This document shows positions 9,989-20,148 of a stretch of 64,000 nucleotides of DNA, one piece after another. Both the position numbers and the translations under genes were made by a program. The first letter of the stretch is position 1; each line of letters begins with the position of its first letter. The notes beneath the pieces were generated by a model. It had not been told where the DNA came from. It ran no database searches and saw nothing but the letters and a program-made list of their open reading frames with translations. The DNA comes from an uncultured bacterium (GTDB lineage: Bacteria; Oederibacteriota; JAAXVQ01; JAUVAV01), in NCBI GenBank assembly GCA_963710755.1, contig CAVQBK010000006.1, positions 64,001 through 128,000 on the forward strand, read 5' to 3'.

Positions 9989-10060
9989 AGGTCCCCCTTT
10001 TTTCATCGCCATTACAGGACAGCCCTGCTTGCTGCACGCTTACCTGACCGCCACCGGCAA

Positions 10061-10360
10061 CTACGCCGCAGCCAGGACTTCCAGTTTTTGAGACAGGCTG
10101 GTTTTATCCATGCCCGTGACCTCGATAAGCTTCTCCTTGTGATGCAACCCCTGGACAATGGATAGCTGTTGCTGCGCTATGCCCAGCGTTTTCGCCAAAA
10201 ATTGCAGACAGGCCTTGTTGGCTGCGCCCCCTTCAGGTTTTTTGGCGATCTTTATTTTCAAAGCCTGCTGCCAAGCACCGGCCATGGCCGTTTGTCCGGC
10301 ACCGGCCTGGACTTTTATCATAAACCGAAGACCGTTTTTATGTTCCCTGACCAGTATCAT
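10061..10360 (-). CDS. yggU: DUF167/YggU family protein
   Basis: PEGGAAN motif; yggS-proC-yggT context. Confidence 0.75.
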   Translation of the reverse strand: MILVREHKNGLRFMIKVQAGAGQTAMAGAWQQALKIKIAKKPEGGAANKACLQFLAKTLGIAQQQLSIVQGLHHKEKLIEVTGMDKTSLSQKLEVLAAA

Positions 10361-10366
10361 GGCTGC

Positions 10367-10663
10367 TTATTGATGGAGCATGCCCCAATAAATAACCGCA
10401 CGAAAAACAAAAGTCTTCAATATAATTAGTCCCAAAAGGGTGATCCACGGGGAGAAATCAATATCACGATAAACCGTAGGCAAAAGTCGCCGCATCATAT
10501 TCACCGGCGGCAAGGCCAACCGGTTGATGAAGGCCACCGCCCAGCCGGGCTGGGATTGGAGTGAAGGTATTAAGTTCAGGACCAAGTCCACCAGAATAAG
10601 ACCGAGCCAGAAAAAACAGGCTGCATAGCCCAACCAACCGATGGTAATGAACAATTCAGCCAT
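10367..10663 (-). CDS. yggT: YggT family membrane protein
   Basis: RRLLP..IDFSP motif; gene context. Confidence 0.8.
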   Translation of the reverse strand: MAELFITIGWLGYAACFFWLGLILVDLVLNLIPSLQSQPGWAVAFINRLALPPVNMMRRLLPTVYRDIDFSPWITLLGLIILKTFVFRAVIYWGMLHQ

Positions 10664-10665
10664 GG

Positions 10666-11493
10666 CTAAGACTCCTTTTTTACCGGGCTTAAAGCGCGCC
10701 CTCTATCGCGGGCCGCGGTTAAGGCTTCATGAAAAATATCCTGGAACCGGCGCTTTTCCAGTACCCCTAAAGCAGCTTCCGTGGTGCCGCCGGGAGAGGT
10801 TACTGCTTTTCTCAAAGCCTCCGGACTTTGTTCCCCTTGTTTTAATAATTGTGCTGCCCCCCAAATAGTTTCAATGGCCAGGGCTTGTGCTTCCTGTTGG
10901 CCTAACCCCAGGGTGAGCGCGCTTTGAATCAGTGTTTCACATAAATAAAAAACATAAGCCGGACCAGAACCTGACAAGGCGGTCACCGCATCCATCAGCG
11001 ATTCCTCCACCGGCATTATGAGACCTACAGCTTGAAAAAGTACGGTGGTTAATTGAGCCTCTGCTGCCGTGGCCTGGGTACCCAAACAGTAAGCCGACGC
11101 ACCGGCTTGGATTCGGGCCGGTGTATTGGGCATCACCCGCACCACTTTGATCGCTTTTTCCACACATGCTTCCAAAAAGGTGGTGGTAAGCCCGGCGGCA
11201 ATGGAAATAAGCACATGCCGGTTGGTATCCAGAGCAGGCGCGATTTGGGCAAGCAGATCCGGAGCTTGTTGCGGTTTTACGGACAGCACCAGCACCTGGG
11301 CCTGGTCAACCAGTTGCAGGTTATCAGAAATAGGTTGAATGTGATAAGCTTGCTGGAGGGTTTGCAAACGTTCCCTGTTGACATCAGCGCACAAGATACG
11401 GTCAGCTGTTAAAACCCCTTTGTCCATCAGGCCTTTAATGAGCGCTTCCGCCATGTTGCCGCTGCCTAAAAATCCTAATGTGCTGTTAATCAC
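10666..11493 (-). CDS. proC: Pyrroline-5-carboxylate reductase
   Basis: GSGNMA, RVMPNTP, SGSGPAY and VTSPGGTT motifs; GTG start at 11493 after GGAG. Confidence 0.95.
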   Translation of the reverse strand: MINSTLGFLGSGNMAEALIKGLMDKGVLTADRILCADVNRERLQTLQQAYHIQPISDNLQLVDQAQVLVLSVKPQQAPDLLAQIAPALDTNRHVLISIAAGLTTTFLEACVEKAIKVVRVMPNTPARIQAGASAYCLGTQATAAEAQLTTVLFQAVGLIMPVEESLMDAVTALSGSGPAYVFYLCETLIQSALTLGLGQQEAQALAIETIWGAAQLLKQGEQSPEALRKAVTSPGGTTEAALGVLEKRRFQDIFHEALTAARDRGRALSPVKKES

Positions 11494-11611
11494 TAACCTC
11501 TCCTCAGGGATCTTGGGGTACAGGCTACTTGGCCGGTCCCTGCGCGATGTCTGTACCCTACAGCCCCGCAATACCAGCTTGGCCGGCTTTTGATCTTCCC
11601 TTAAACCGTCA

Positions 11612-12307
11612 TTAACCGGCAAATAAGCTGGTGCCGATCCGCACCATGGTCGCCCCTTCTTCTATAGCAATTTCATAATCATTGGACATACCCATGGAAA
11701 GCGTGTCCCATTGTGTACCCAAATTCATTTCGATTTTTATTTCTTGAAAGAGATCAGACAGCGCCTTGAAATAAGGCCGGACCAACTCCTGGTTTTCCAC
11801 ATAGGGGGCCATGGTCATCAGTCCTTTGATATGGAGATGTTCTTTTTGGGCCACCAAATCCACCAATTGCTTGGTTTCCTCCGGTTTGATGCCGAACTTG
11901 GATTCTTCCTGACTGATATTGACTTCGACCAGCACATCCAAACAGCGGTCAAGCCGCCCGGCTTCCCTGTCCAAGGCGTCGGCAATACGTTTGGAATCAA
12001 TGGAATGGATCATTTTAAAGATCGACGCTGCTTGCCGCGCTTTATTGGTTTGGAGATGGCCGATCAAATGCCAGTCCACTACAGGACCGAGCTGATAAAA
12101 TTTTTGCTTGGCATCCTGGATTTTGCTTTCCCCTACCGCCCGGATACCGGCATCAATGGCATAACGCATGTCCTCCAGAGACACAACCTTGGTTACAGCC
12201 AATAGAGTGATGGCCTTGGCCGGGCGCCCACTTTTTTCAGCAGCTTTTTTGATACGCTGTTGAATATTTTGGATGTTTCTCTTGATTATTTCTTTGCGCT
12301 CTGTCAT
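11612..12307 (-). CDS. yggS: PLP homeostasis protein YggS
   Basis: AVTK, WHLIGHLQTNK and LSMGMSND..A motifs. Confidence 0.95.
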   Translation of the reverse strand: MTERKEIIKRNIQNIQQRIKKAAEKSGRPAKAITLLAVTKVVSLEDMRYAIDAGIRAVGESKIQDAKQKFYQLGPVVDWHLIGHLQTNKARQAASIFKMIHSIDSKRIADALDREAGRLDRCLDVLVEVNISQEESKFGIKPEETKQLVDLVAQKEHLHIKGLMTMAPYVENQELVRPYFKALSDLFQEIKIEMNLGTQWDTLSMGMSNDYEIAIEEGATMVRIGTSLFAG

Positions 12308-12465
12308 TAGCTTGCATTATACGTTTATTTATTTTATTGACAATAAAAAATTATTATGTTCCAGTAAAAAAAATAAATATGACAAAATAATTAACGCAAT
12401 TTTTCTCAATTGCAAAAACAACTTATTGAGTACGGTCGCGCCCGTTCTTTATAGACAATCATTAA

Positions 12466-13272
12466 TCATGTGCCAATTTGAATCATGGAAAGCATGCGTC
12501 CTGTTTGGCCTTGATCGCGGCGATAGGAAAAATAATCCTTCTCTTTATCAAAGGTGCAATCAGGAACCCTTATAATATTATCTTCCTGCAACCCTTGCTC
12601 TTTGAGCTGCCTGACCGCTGCTTGCTGGAGGTCAACATAACCATAATGGTCCTGAATCCTGATAATGTCAGGAGACAACGCCATGAAAACATCAAATAAT
12701 TCGGCGGTTACCATAAAATGGTCCGGCCCAATGCATGGCCCCAATACAGCCAACAATGGTTGAGCTGCAAGAGGCCCAATTGCCCGGAGCTTTTTCACGC
12801 CCTCTGCAATAATGCCCTTCACCAAGCCTTTCCATCCGGCATGAACAATAGCCACAGCTTTGGCTTGAGGATGAATCAAGACTACCGGCAGACAATCAGC
12901 GGTTTTTATAGCAAGCGGCAAACCGGGAGTGGTGGTGATCAAGCCGTCTGCCTCAGGCAGGTTCTCTTCGTCGCTTATCCACCCCTGTCCGGCCTGGGCC
13001 TCTTCTACCGGCAAGATGGTCCGGCCATGGACTTGCCGGACCAGGACCGGGGCCAAAGGGCCAAAGCCGCCTGCCGCCAGGGCACGCTGACGATTGGAGA
13101 TCACCCGCTGGAATTGGTCGCCACAGTTAAATCCGCAATTGAGGCTTGCCCAGGAACCAAGACTTATGCCGCCATGGCGCTGAAAAAAAGCCACTCTGAT
13201 TCCCAGGGACTCCACGGTGGGGACCCGCCAAAAGGCTACCTTATCATTCCGTTCTAAAACCAGGCCGCTCAT
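12466..13272 (-). CDS. pgeF: Peptidoglycan editing factor PgeF (YfiH)
   Basis: QVHG, TADCLP, HAGWKG and FSYRR motifs; ATG overlaps the upstream TGA. Confidence 0.92.
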   Translation of the reverse strand: MSGLVLERNDKVAFWRVPTVESLGIRVAFFQRHGGISLGSWASLNCGFNCGDQFQRVISNRQRALAAGGFGPLAPVLVRQVHGRTILPVEEAQAGQGWISDEENLPEADGLITTTPGLPLAIKTADCLPVVLIHPQAKAVAIVHAGWKGLVKGIIAEGVKKLRAIGPLAAQPLLAVLGPCIGPDHFMVTAELFDVFMALSPDIIRIQDHYGYVDLQQAAVRQLKEQGLQEDNIIRVPDCTFDKEKDYFSYRRDQGQTGRMLSMIQIGT

Positions 13273-14978
13273 TTTGATCGCTTCTTTTTCAATACCATGG
13301 GCGGGCTCCAATTTTCATTAACTTTTTTCAAAGCCACCTTAGCCCAATTGGATGGCCCGGCCAGCGGTAATTGTATATAAAAGCAGGAGCCTTGTTGTTT
13401 ATGGCTGGTAAGCCAAAGCCGGCCGCTATGCAATTCCACCAAATCTTTGACTATGGCCAGCCCCAACCCAATGCCCCCCGCCTGGCGGGTTAAGGTATAA
13501 TTGCCTTGATGAAATTTATCGAAAACATGTTTTTGCTCCTCTTCATCCATACCGGGCCCTGTGTCGGCAACCGACAGTTCCATGACCTCTTCCTTGACGT
13601 GCATGGCCACGTTAATGGTGCCGCCCTCTGGGGTGAACTTCAAGGCGTTGGAAATCAAGTTGTTGAGCATTTGCTTGATCCGGCCGCTGTCCCCCATCAG
13701 GTGTGGCGAGTGGTCGACCAGGGTGCTGTGCAAGGTCAGCCCTTTTTTCACAGCTTCGTCACGAAATTCCTCCAGACATTCCCGAATCAGCCGGACCATA
13801 TCCACCTGCACGAGATCCAATTTCAACTGGCCGAATTCCAAGCGTGAGAGATCAAGTAAATCATCGAGCAGTAAAATAAGCCGTTCCGTGTTCTTTTGGG
13901 CCATTTTCATATATTTATCATAGCGCTCCGGGCCCATTTGGTCTTTTTCAGTATCTATCAAATTCAAAGCGCCTTTGATGATGGTTAAAGGCGTTCTTAA
14001 TTCGTGGGAAGTAATGGATAAAAAATAAGACTTCATGACATCCAGTTCTTTGAGCTGTTGCAGGGAGCGTTCCAATTCACTGTTGCGGCTCCTCACTTTT
14101 TCCTCCAGCTCCTGGGTCAAAGCACGATTGGCGACTAGCAATTCCTGCAATTTTTGATTAACATGGTGTAATTGCTGGTTCTGGTTGTCAATGATTTCAT
14201 AATCCTCGATCAGGCGGGTGCGGTAATCGGTCAACATTTTGGAGGTCCAAGGCAACTTGGTGAGCAAGGTGGACCAAAATTTTTTAGGGCTGATCCAGCG
14301 CAGGTGATAGACACAACGTTGGGTACCGTAAAGTGTACCTTCGTAAAAATAGGTTCCATGACTATCCAAAACCCCGCAATCGGTCCATTCCTTACTGATC
14401 AGATCTTCCTTCCACAACCTGCCCCGACGATAGTGAAAACGGCAATGATCAATGACGCCTTTTTCCCAAATAGGTACGGCGCATTCGCTCTCCTGGATGT
14501 CAAGCCAGGTCAGCGCCTTTTTTTGCAGCAGCCCTGCATACATCCCTTTAATCAGATCACAGGCTTGGCGCGTTTTGATGTAACCGGGAAGCATCTTCAC
14601 TTCCACCGTGCCGTGCTGCCGGGAATGGTCCCGCAGATGAATGGTGGAAATTTTGGTTAAAAGCGAGGAATAGTTGACACTAAGGGCCACAATCTTGGCT
14701 GGTTCAAGAATAAGATTGACGATGTTGTCCAATATACCCAGTTTGTCAAGCATCTGGGCTTGCCGGCCAATGGCCACCATAATATGGTCATCATCAAATA
14801 GTTCTTCCACTTTACGGAAAAGGAGGTTGGCCGTCTGATAGCTTATCCATTGATGTTCATCTTTGCAAAAATGGTTTTCTTGTTCCTCCAGGAAAGCCGG
14901 CAGTATCTCGGGCCTGCGTTTTTTAATATAATCAACAATTAAATTGAGGGTTCGGCAACTAACTTCATTGAAATACAC
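13269..14978 (-). CDS. Cytoplasmic sensor histidine kinase with uncharacterised N-terminal domain
   Basis: SHELRTPL H-box; NALKFT, DTGPG and GIGLGL boxes. Confidence 0.9.
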   Translation of the reverse strand: MYFNEVSCRTLNLIVDYIKKRRPEILPAFLEEQENHFCKDEHQWISYQTANLLFRKVEELFDDDHIMVAIGRQAQMLDKLGILDNIVNLILEPAKIVALSVNYSSLLTKISTIHLRDHSRQHGTVEVKMLPGYIKTRQACDLIKGMYAGLLQKKALTWLDIQESECAVPIWEKGVIDHCRFHYRRGRLWKEDLISKEWTDCGVLDSHGTYFYEGTLYGTQRCVYHLRWISPKKFWSTLLTKLPWTSKMLTDYRTRLIEDYEIIDNQNQQLHHVNQKLQELLVANRALTQELEEKVRSRNSELERSLQQLKELDVMKSYFLSITSHELRTPLTIIKGALNLIDTEKDQMGPERYDKYMKMAQKNTERLILLLDDLLDLSRLEFGQLKLDLVQVDMVRLIRECLEEFRDEAVKKGLTLHSTLVDHSPHLMGDSGRIKQMLNNLISNALKFTPEGGTINVAMHVKEEVMELSVADTGPGMDEEEQKHVFDKFHQGNYTLTRQAGGIGLGLAIVKDLVELHSGRLWLTSHKQQGSCFYIQLPLAGPSNWAKVALKKVNENWSPPMVLKKKRSK

Positions 14979-15052
14979 GGTGCGTCCGTCCTTTGCGGGC
15001 TAGGTAGGAAGCAGTCGCGACCGTTCCTTGCCTAATCCTATTCATGGGAAAA

Positions 15053-15077
15053 GCAGGGGCGATAGTTCCGCCCCTAC
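15053..15077. repeat. GYAGGGGC-type REP-like hairpin
   Basis: GCAGGGGCG-N7-CGCCCCTAC; related hairpins at 23827-23864 and 46208-46237. Confidence 0.55.
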
Positions 15078-15145
15078 AATTAATGAAGATCACAATGCGC
15101 GCTTGAAAGAGGAAAAGAATTGAAAAGCTTTGCCGGCTCTGAAAA

Positions 15146-15871
15146 TTATAAGGCGAATTTTGATGCAAAGCCAAACCAGTTTGACAGCTGCATTAGTTTT
15201 CCCGTCACCAGTAAAATCCCCAACACGATCAACAGCGCACCCGCTCCCCTTTCCACCCAAGGCAAGAAGCGCTTGAAGCCTTTCAACCAATTGAGAAAGG
15301 GATTGATCAGCGCCGCCGTCAGGATAAAGGGAATGCCCAGACCCAGGGAGTAGACGGTCAGCAGCAGCACCCCCTGGCCCACGGAATCCTTGGTGCTGGC
15401 CAAGGCCAGTATACCCGCCAACAACGGACCTACGCACGGTGACCATCCGAAAGCAAAAGCCGCGCCCACCAAAAAAGCACTCACCAAGCCGGCCTTGGCG
15501 TTGAGCGGACGATAGCGTTGTTCACGCATCAACAAAGGAATGCGCACCAGCCCGGTCATATGGATCCCCAGCACTATGATCATCACCCCGGCCACCTTGG
15601 TGATCCAGGTCATACTTTGGCTCAGCCATTGCCCGACCAGCGTGGCCGATGCCCCCAGCAATACAAAGATCAAGCTAAACCCCAGAACAAAACTCACCGC
15701 CAAGCTGATGGTGCGGCTCTGCATCTTCCGGTCCTGGCCATGGCTAAGCTGTTCCAGGTCATAGCCGGTGATAAATGAAATGTACGCCGGCACCAGGGGC
15801 AGCACGCAAGGGGATAAAAAAGAAACCACACCGGCCAAAAAGGCACTAAGCAGGGAAATGGAATCGTTCAT
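15146..15871 (-). CDS. ccdA: Cytochrome c biogenesis/thiol-disulfide transporter CcdA
   Basis: SPCVLPLVP and GWSPCVGP motifs. Confidence 0.92.
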   Translation of the reverse strand: MNDSISLLSAFLAGVVSFLSPCVLPLVPAYISFITGYDLEQLSHGQDRKMQSRTISLAVSFVLGFSLIFVLLGASATLVGQWLSQSMTWITKVAGVMIIVLGIHMTGLVRIPLLMREQRYRPLNAKAGLVSAFLVGAAFAFGWSPCVGPLLAGILALASTKDSVGQGVLLLTVYSLGLGIPFILTAALINPFLNWLKGFKRFLPWVERGAGALLIVLGILLVTGKLMQLSNWFGFASKFAL

Positions 15872-15872
15872 G

Positions 15873-17708
15873 TCAACACTCCTTGGTCGTTGTTGAGATT
15901 AATAACTGGTCGGGGATAATAACATCAAATTGGCTGCCCTCATTGAGCCGGCTTTTTACCTGCAACCGGCCGTGATGGAATTCCACAATGCGTTTGGCAA
16001 TCGTCAAGCCCAGACCGGCACCGCCGGCCTTGCGGGTGAGGGTATTTTCGGCTTGATAAAATTTCTCGAAAATCATCTGGCAGGTTTCCGGGGTCATGCC
16101 GATGCCCGAGTCAATGACACTGATGATGATTTCATTTTGGTTTTGATCATGGCGAGCACGGGCAATGATTCGGCCCGGTTTTTCGGTAAACTTGATGGCA
16201 TTGGTAATCAGATTGACCAACACCCGTTCAAACTGCTCCCGGTCCACCAACACGGCCGGGAACTTGGGCGGCAGATCGATCTTCAGTTTTTGTTTTTTGG
16301 ACTGCAGTTGCGGACTGAGGTCCATGGCCAAATCTTCCAGCATGTCTTTCAGATTCACCGGTTCCACCCGCAGGCGCAGACTGCCTGAATCCAGTTTTTG
16401 CAGGGCCAGGAGGTCTTCAATCATGATGGCCAATTTCTGAGCGTTTTCCAGACCGATGGTAATATAGCGCCGGATTTTTTTCATGCCCGCGGTATTGAAC
16501 TCCATCAGGGCGAAACTTAAAAACCCGATGATGGAGGTGAGCGGCGTGCGTAATTCATGGGAAATGGTGGCAATAAACTCCGATTTGATCCGGTCCACTT
16601 CCTTAAGCTTTTCAATATCCCGTTGCACCTGTTCATAAAGCCGGGCATTTTCAATAGCCCCGGCCACCTGGATACCAATGGCCAGCAGCATATCCCGTTC
16701 TTCATCCTGAATCTCGCGCGGGGTCATGGCCAGCAAGCTCATCACTCCGCATATTTGCCCCTTGATGCGCAGGGGGATGGCCACCGCCAGCCTTAGGGAA
16801 GAATCGAGACGGCCCAGCTCTTCTGCCTTGGTAGCCCATTGCAGGAAACCACTCTCCGCAGCGCGGCCGATCACGCTTTGCGGGTCTGTCAGCGAGCATA
16901 ACTTGTGCTGTATGGCCGCAGAAAGGTTCTTCTCCGCCTCCAACTTCATCCTGCCTTGGTCGTCAAGCAGACAGACCGCGCCCATGGGAAATCCGGTCAA
17001 TTCCAGCACCAGTTCCAGAATATTATTCAGCAATTGTACCAGGTCCTGGCTTTGCCCGGACACCGCGGAGATTTGGTTCATAACCATAAAGGATTGGGAC
17101 AGGGCTTCCAAATCCTGGGTACGTTTGCGCACCGTGCCTTCCAGCCTTTCATAGGCCTCACTCAGTGCATGTTCCAATTTCACTTCCCTGGTGATATCTT
17201 TGGAGATGGTTACCGTGCCCACCGGCCGGCCATGGCTCCCTTTCTCCCGCAGCAGGGAGATCGACATCAGCAGCTCCGCTGCTTCACCATCCTTTTTTTT
17301 GACCATGGTGCGGATATTGCGAAGATTGCCCTGGCCTTCCAGAGTATTGAGAAGTTGAAAATAATGTTGTTCATGATTAAACAATTCAGCCAGGGAATGG
17401 CCCATGACCTCATGTGCCAGGTAACCGGTGATTTCCTCCGCCATCTTATTAAAGCGGATGACTCTTTGTTCAGGATCGAGCACCCAGATGGCATCAGGGG
17501 AATAATTAAGTAAATCGGCTAAAAATTCACTGGTCTGCAGCAGTTCCTGACGGGCCTCTTCCAAAGCACGATTTTTGTCTTCCAGAGCCAGATTGGCATC
17601 AATCAGCAATACTTCCCGCTCTTTAAGCAATTTGGAAATATGATCCAACTTCTCATAAGTCCAGGAGATCTCGTCTTGTTTGGAAAAGCCTTTATTGTCC
17701 TCGGTCAT
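15873..17708 (-). CDS. PAS-GAF sensor histidine kinase
   Basis: PAS (SPDAIW..FNKMAE), GAF (AIENARLY), SHELRTPL and HATPase boxes. Confidence 0.92.
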   Translation of the reverse strand: MTEDNKGFSKQDEISWTYEKLDHISKLLKEREVLLIDANLALEDKNRALEEARQELLQTSEFLADLLNYSPDAIWVLDPEQRVIRFNKMAEEITGYLAHEVMGHSLAELFNHEQHYFQLLNTLEGQGNLRNIRTMVKKKDGEAAELLMSISLLREKGSHGRPVGTVTISKDITREVKLEHALSEAYERLEGTVRKRTQDLEALSQSFMVMNQISAVSGQSQDLVQLLNNILELVLELTGFPMGAVCLLDDQGRMKLEAEKNLSAAIQHKLCSLTDPQSVIGRAAESGFLQWATKAEELGRLDSSLRLAVAIPLRIKGQICGVMSLLAMTPREIQDEERDMLLAIGIQVAGAIENARLYEQVQRDIEKLKEVDRIKSEFIATISHELRTPLTSIIGFLSFALMEFNTAGMKKIRRYITIGLENAQKLAIMIEDLLALQKLDSGSLRLRVEPVNLKDMLEDLAMDLSPQLQSKKQKLKIDLPPKFPAVLVDREQFERVLVNLITNAIKFTEKPGRIIARARHDQNQNEIIISVIDSGIGMTPETCQMIFEKFYQAENTLTRKAGGAGLGLTIAKRIVEFHHGRLQVKSRLNEGSQFDVIIPDQLLISTTTKEC

Positions 17709-17790
17709 GGTTTTAACTCCGGATGTTTGGTATTCTCACGGATCGGGCTGTCTCTAAATATTTTCGGCTACTTCCCAACTCCCGGAAAGC

Positions 17791-18315
17791 CTAATCCACA
17801 ACCTTTTCCAAGGAGATGACGCCTTCATATTTGTTGCGAATCAGACCCTCGCCGTTTAATTCCAAAATGGTGGGAATGCCCTTGATCAAATCAGGATAAC
17901 GGTTCAGAAGTTGGGAAGCCATGAATAACCGGTTCCCATCCGGCTTGGCCGCAGGTCCTGAAAGAGCAGGATCCTCGTTGTCCTCGTAGAGATCAATCAC
18001 GATGATGCTTTCCAGCTCGTGATTAATCAGGGGCTGGAGTCGCTGGGCTTCCTCCAGCAAGGGCCGGCAATGACCGCACCACGTCGTGGTTAGAATCAAA
18101 AACGTTTTCGGCCGGAGGATCTCCCGCGAATCGACCCATTGCAGCTGGGTGTTGCGAAGCGAAAAGCTGATTTTTTGCTGATCCACCTCAAAGCGTTCGG
18201 TGGCCGGATGGATTTCCTTGATCTCGATATCAGGATCGCGGCGCTGTAAGCCCAACAATACCAGTGCGCTCACCAGCAGAACGGCCATGACGATAACCCC
18301 GGTGCGCCGTATCAC
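17791..18315 (-). CDS. Membrane-anchored thioredoxin-like (TlpA/ResA) protein
   Basis: N-terminal TM helix; WCGHC and GIPT motifs. Confidence 0.8.
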   Translation of the reverse strand: MIRRTGVIVMAVLLVSALVLLGLQRRDPDIEIKEIHPATERFEVDQQKISFSLRNTQLQWVDSREILRPKTFLILTTTWCGHCRPLLEEAQRLQPLINHELESIIVIDLYEDNEDPALSGPAAKPDGNRLFMASQLLNRYPDLIKGIPTILELNGEGLIRNKYEGVISLEKVVD

Positions 18316-19115
18316 TGGGCCTGCGTTCTTTGGGTGCGTTGGAACAGCCAGGTCAAGCGCATGCCTTCAAGCACCAAGTTAGGATTGATGGCCTCGATAG
18401 AGGGACATAACGGGCTCAGCATAGGGGCCCACCCCCCGGTGGCCACAACTTTGGCCGGTAAGTTGATTTGCGTTTTAATATGCTGAACCAGATATTCCAC
18501 AGCGCCGGCCGCGCCCAACAGGATACCGCAGCGCATGCTCTCGTCCGTATCCCGGCCAAAAGCGTCTTGCGGCATTTTCAACTCCACCCGGGGCAATAGC
18601 GAGGTACCCTTGGCCAAAGCTTCGGCCGAGAGCAACACCCCGGGCATGATGGCGCCTCCCAGATAGGCGCGGTCAGCACCCACCACATCAATGGTAGTGG
18701 CCGTGCCGAAATCCACCATAATGACCGGTGCACCATAGGCTTCCACTGCCGCCACTGCGCTCATCAGGCGGTCAGCACCCACATTGTGCGGGGCGTGATA
18801 GTGATTTTTAATGGGTAAAGGCAGGTTGGATTTGATGGTAAGGACCGAGACCTTGAGAACTTGCCTGGCGGCCAAGGCCATGTTGGCGTCCAGTTCGGGC
18901 ACCACACTGGAAATAACGACGCCTTCCCAAACAGGCGTCCCGGGCAGACCCCGGAAAAGACCATCGAGCACCAAGCCCAGCTCATCCGCCGTGGCACGAC
19001 GGTTGGTGGCCACGCGGAATTGCTTGATCAGGGCGGGCCCGTCAAAAAGACCTAAACAGCAATGGGTATTGCCAATATCAATCGTCACCAGCACGACAGA
19101 CTCCTTAAGGGGCAA
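18312..19115 (-). CDS. coaX: Type III pantothenate kinase
   Basis: DIGNT, GADR, DFGTATT and ATGG motifs. Confidence 0.95.
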   Translation of the reverse strand: MPLKESVVLVTIDIGNTHCCLGLFDGPALIKQFRVATNRRATADELGLVLDGLFRGLPGTPVWEGVVISSVVPELDANMALAARQVLKVSVLTIKSNLPLPIKNHYHAPHNVGADRLMSAVAAVEAYGAPVIMVDFGTATTIDVVGADRAYLGGAIMPGVLLSAEALAKGTSLLPRVELKMPQDAFGRDTDESMRCGILLGAAGAVEYLVQHIKTQINLPAKVVATGGWAPMLSPLCPSIEAINPNLVLEGMRLTWLFQRTQRTQAQ

Positions 19116-19169
19116 TATGGCATTACTATACCAGGTCCGGATGCTTATGAAAACAGGTGATTTTTATTT

Positions 19170-20144
19170 TTAAGACCGCCTGCTCGCGGCCATCTCCCCG
19201 CTGCTGATGGTCTCGATCAGGCCGTCCTCGGTTCTTAAAAGCAGACACCCTTGTTCGTCAATGCCCATGACCATGCCTTCCACTTCCCGGTAACCTTGTT
19301 CGATTTTGGCGATAGTACCGGTCATGGGGGCCCGCTGTTGCCAAGCGGCCATAATATGGGTCATGCCGTTATTTTTCACATTCAGGTAATGATGCTCCGT
19401 TTTTTCCAGAATCATTCTGAGCAATTGCACCCGGTCCAGGGCGCGATTTAATTCTTTGGCCAGGCTGGTGGCGGCATAGCGGGTGTTTTTCGGCGCCGGT
19501 CCATTGACATTGATGCCGGCGCCAACGGCCACATAATCCACCATGTCCGCCTGACCCTGCATCTCGGTAAGAATACCGGCCACTTTTTTTTGATTAATCA
19601 TCAGATCATTGGGCCATTTGACACTTACCGATAGGCCGCTTAGGCTCTCTATGGCTTCGGCCATGCTGATGGCCAAAACCTGGGTGAGACGGGGCGCCCA
19701 AGCCACGGACCAGGGCGGCCGAAAGATAATCGTGAAGAGCAGATGCCGGCCTTCCGCAGCCAGCCAGACCCGCTCGCGCCGACCCCGGCCGTGGGATTGA
19801 TACTCGGTGACCACCAGCGTACCTTCCGGCGCCCCGGCCCGCGCCAATTCAATGGCCCGGTCATTGGTGGAGGTGGTGGCCTTAAAGGCATAAATCTTAC
19901 GGCCGATCTTTTTGGTGTTTAATTGATAGTCGATTTCGTCAGGAAGCAGACGATCAGGAATGCCGACCAGGCGGTAACCGCTGTGCGGAACGGCTTCAAT
20001 GGTATAACCTTCCGCCTCCAAATGCTGCATGTGTTTCCAAACCGCGGCCCGCGAGATACCCAGGTGCTGGGACAGCTCTTCGCCTGAACACCAAGCGGTT
20101 CCATGACGTCGCAGCAGGGCCAGTACATCACTGGTGCTGGCCAT
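19170..20144 (-). CDS. birA: Bifunctional biotin ligase/repressor BirA
   Basis: N-terminal HTH (SGEELS..SRAAVWK); GRGR, KWPND and KVAGIL motifs; ATG at 20144. Confidence 0.95.
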   Translation of the reverse strand: MASTSDVLALLRRHGTAWCSGEELSQHLGISRAAVWKHMQHLEAEGYTIEAVPHSGYRLVGIPDRLLPDEIDYQLNTKKIGRKIYAFKATTSTNDRAIELARAGAPEGTLVVTEYQSHGRGRRERVWLAAEGRHLLFTIIFRPPWSVAWAPRLTQVLAISMAEAIESLSGLSVSVKWPNDLMINQKKVAGILTEMQGQADMVDYVAVGAGINVNGPAPKNTRYAATSLAKELNRALDRVQLLRMILEKTEHHYLNVKNNGMTHIMAAWQQRAPMTGTIAKIEQGYREVEGMVMGIDEQGCLLLRTEDGLIETISSGEMAASRRS

Positions 20145-20148
20145 GGGG

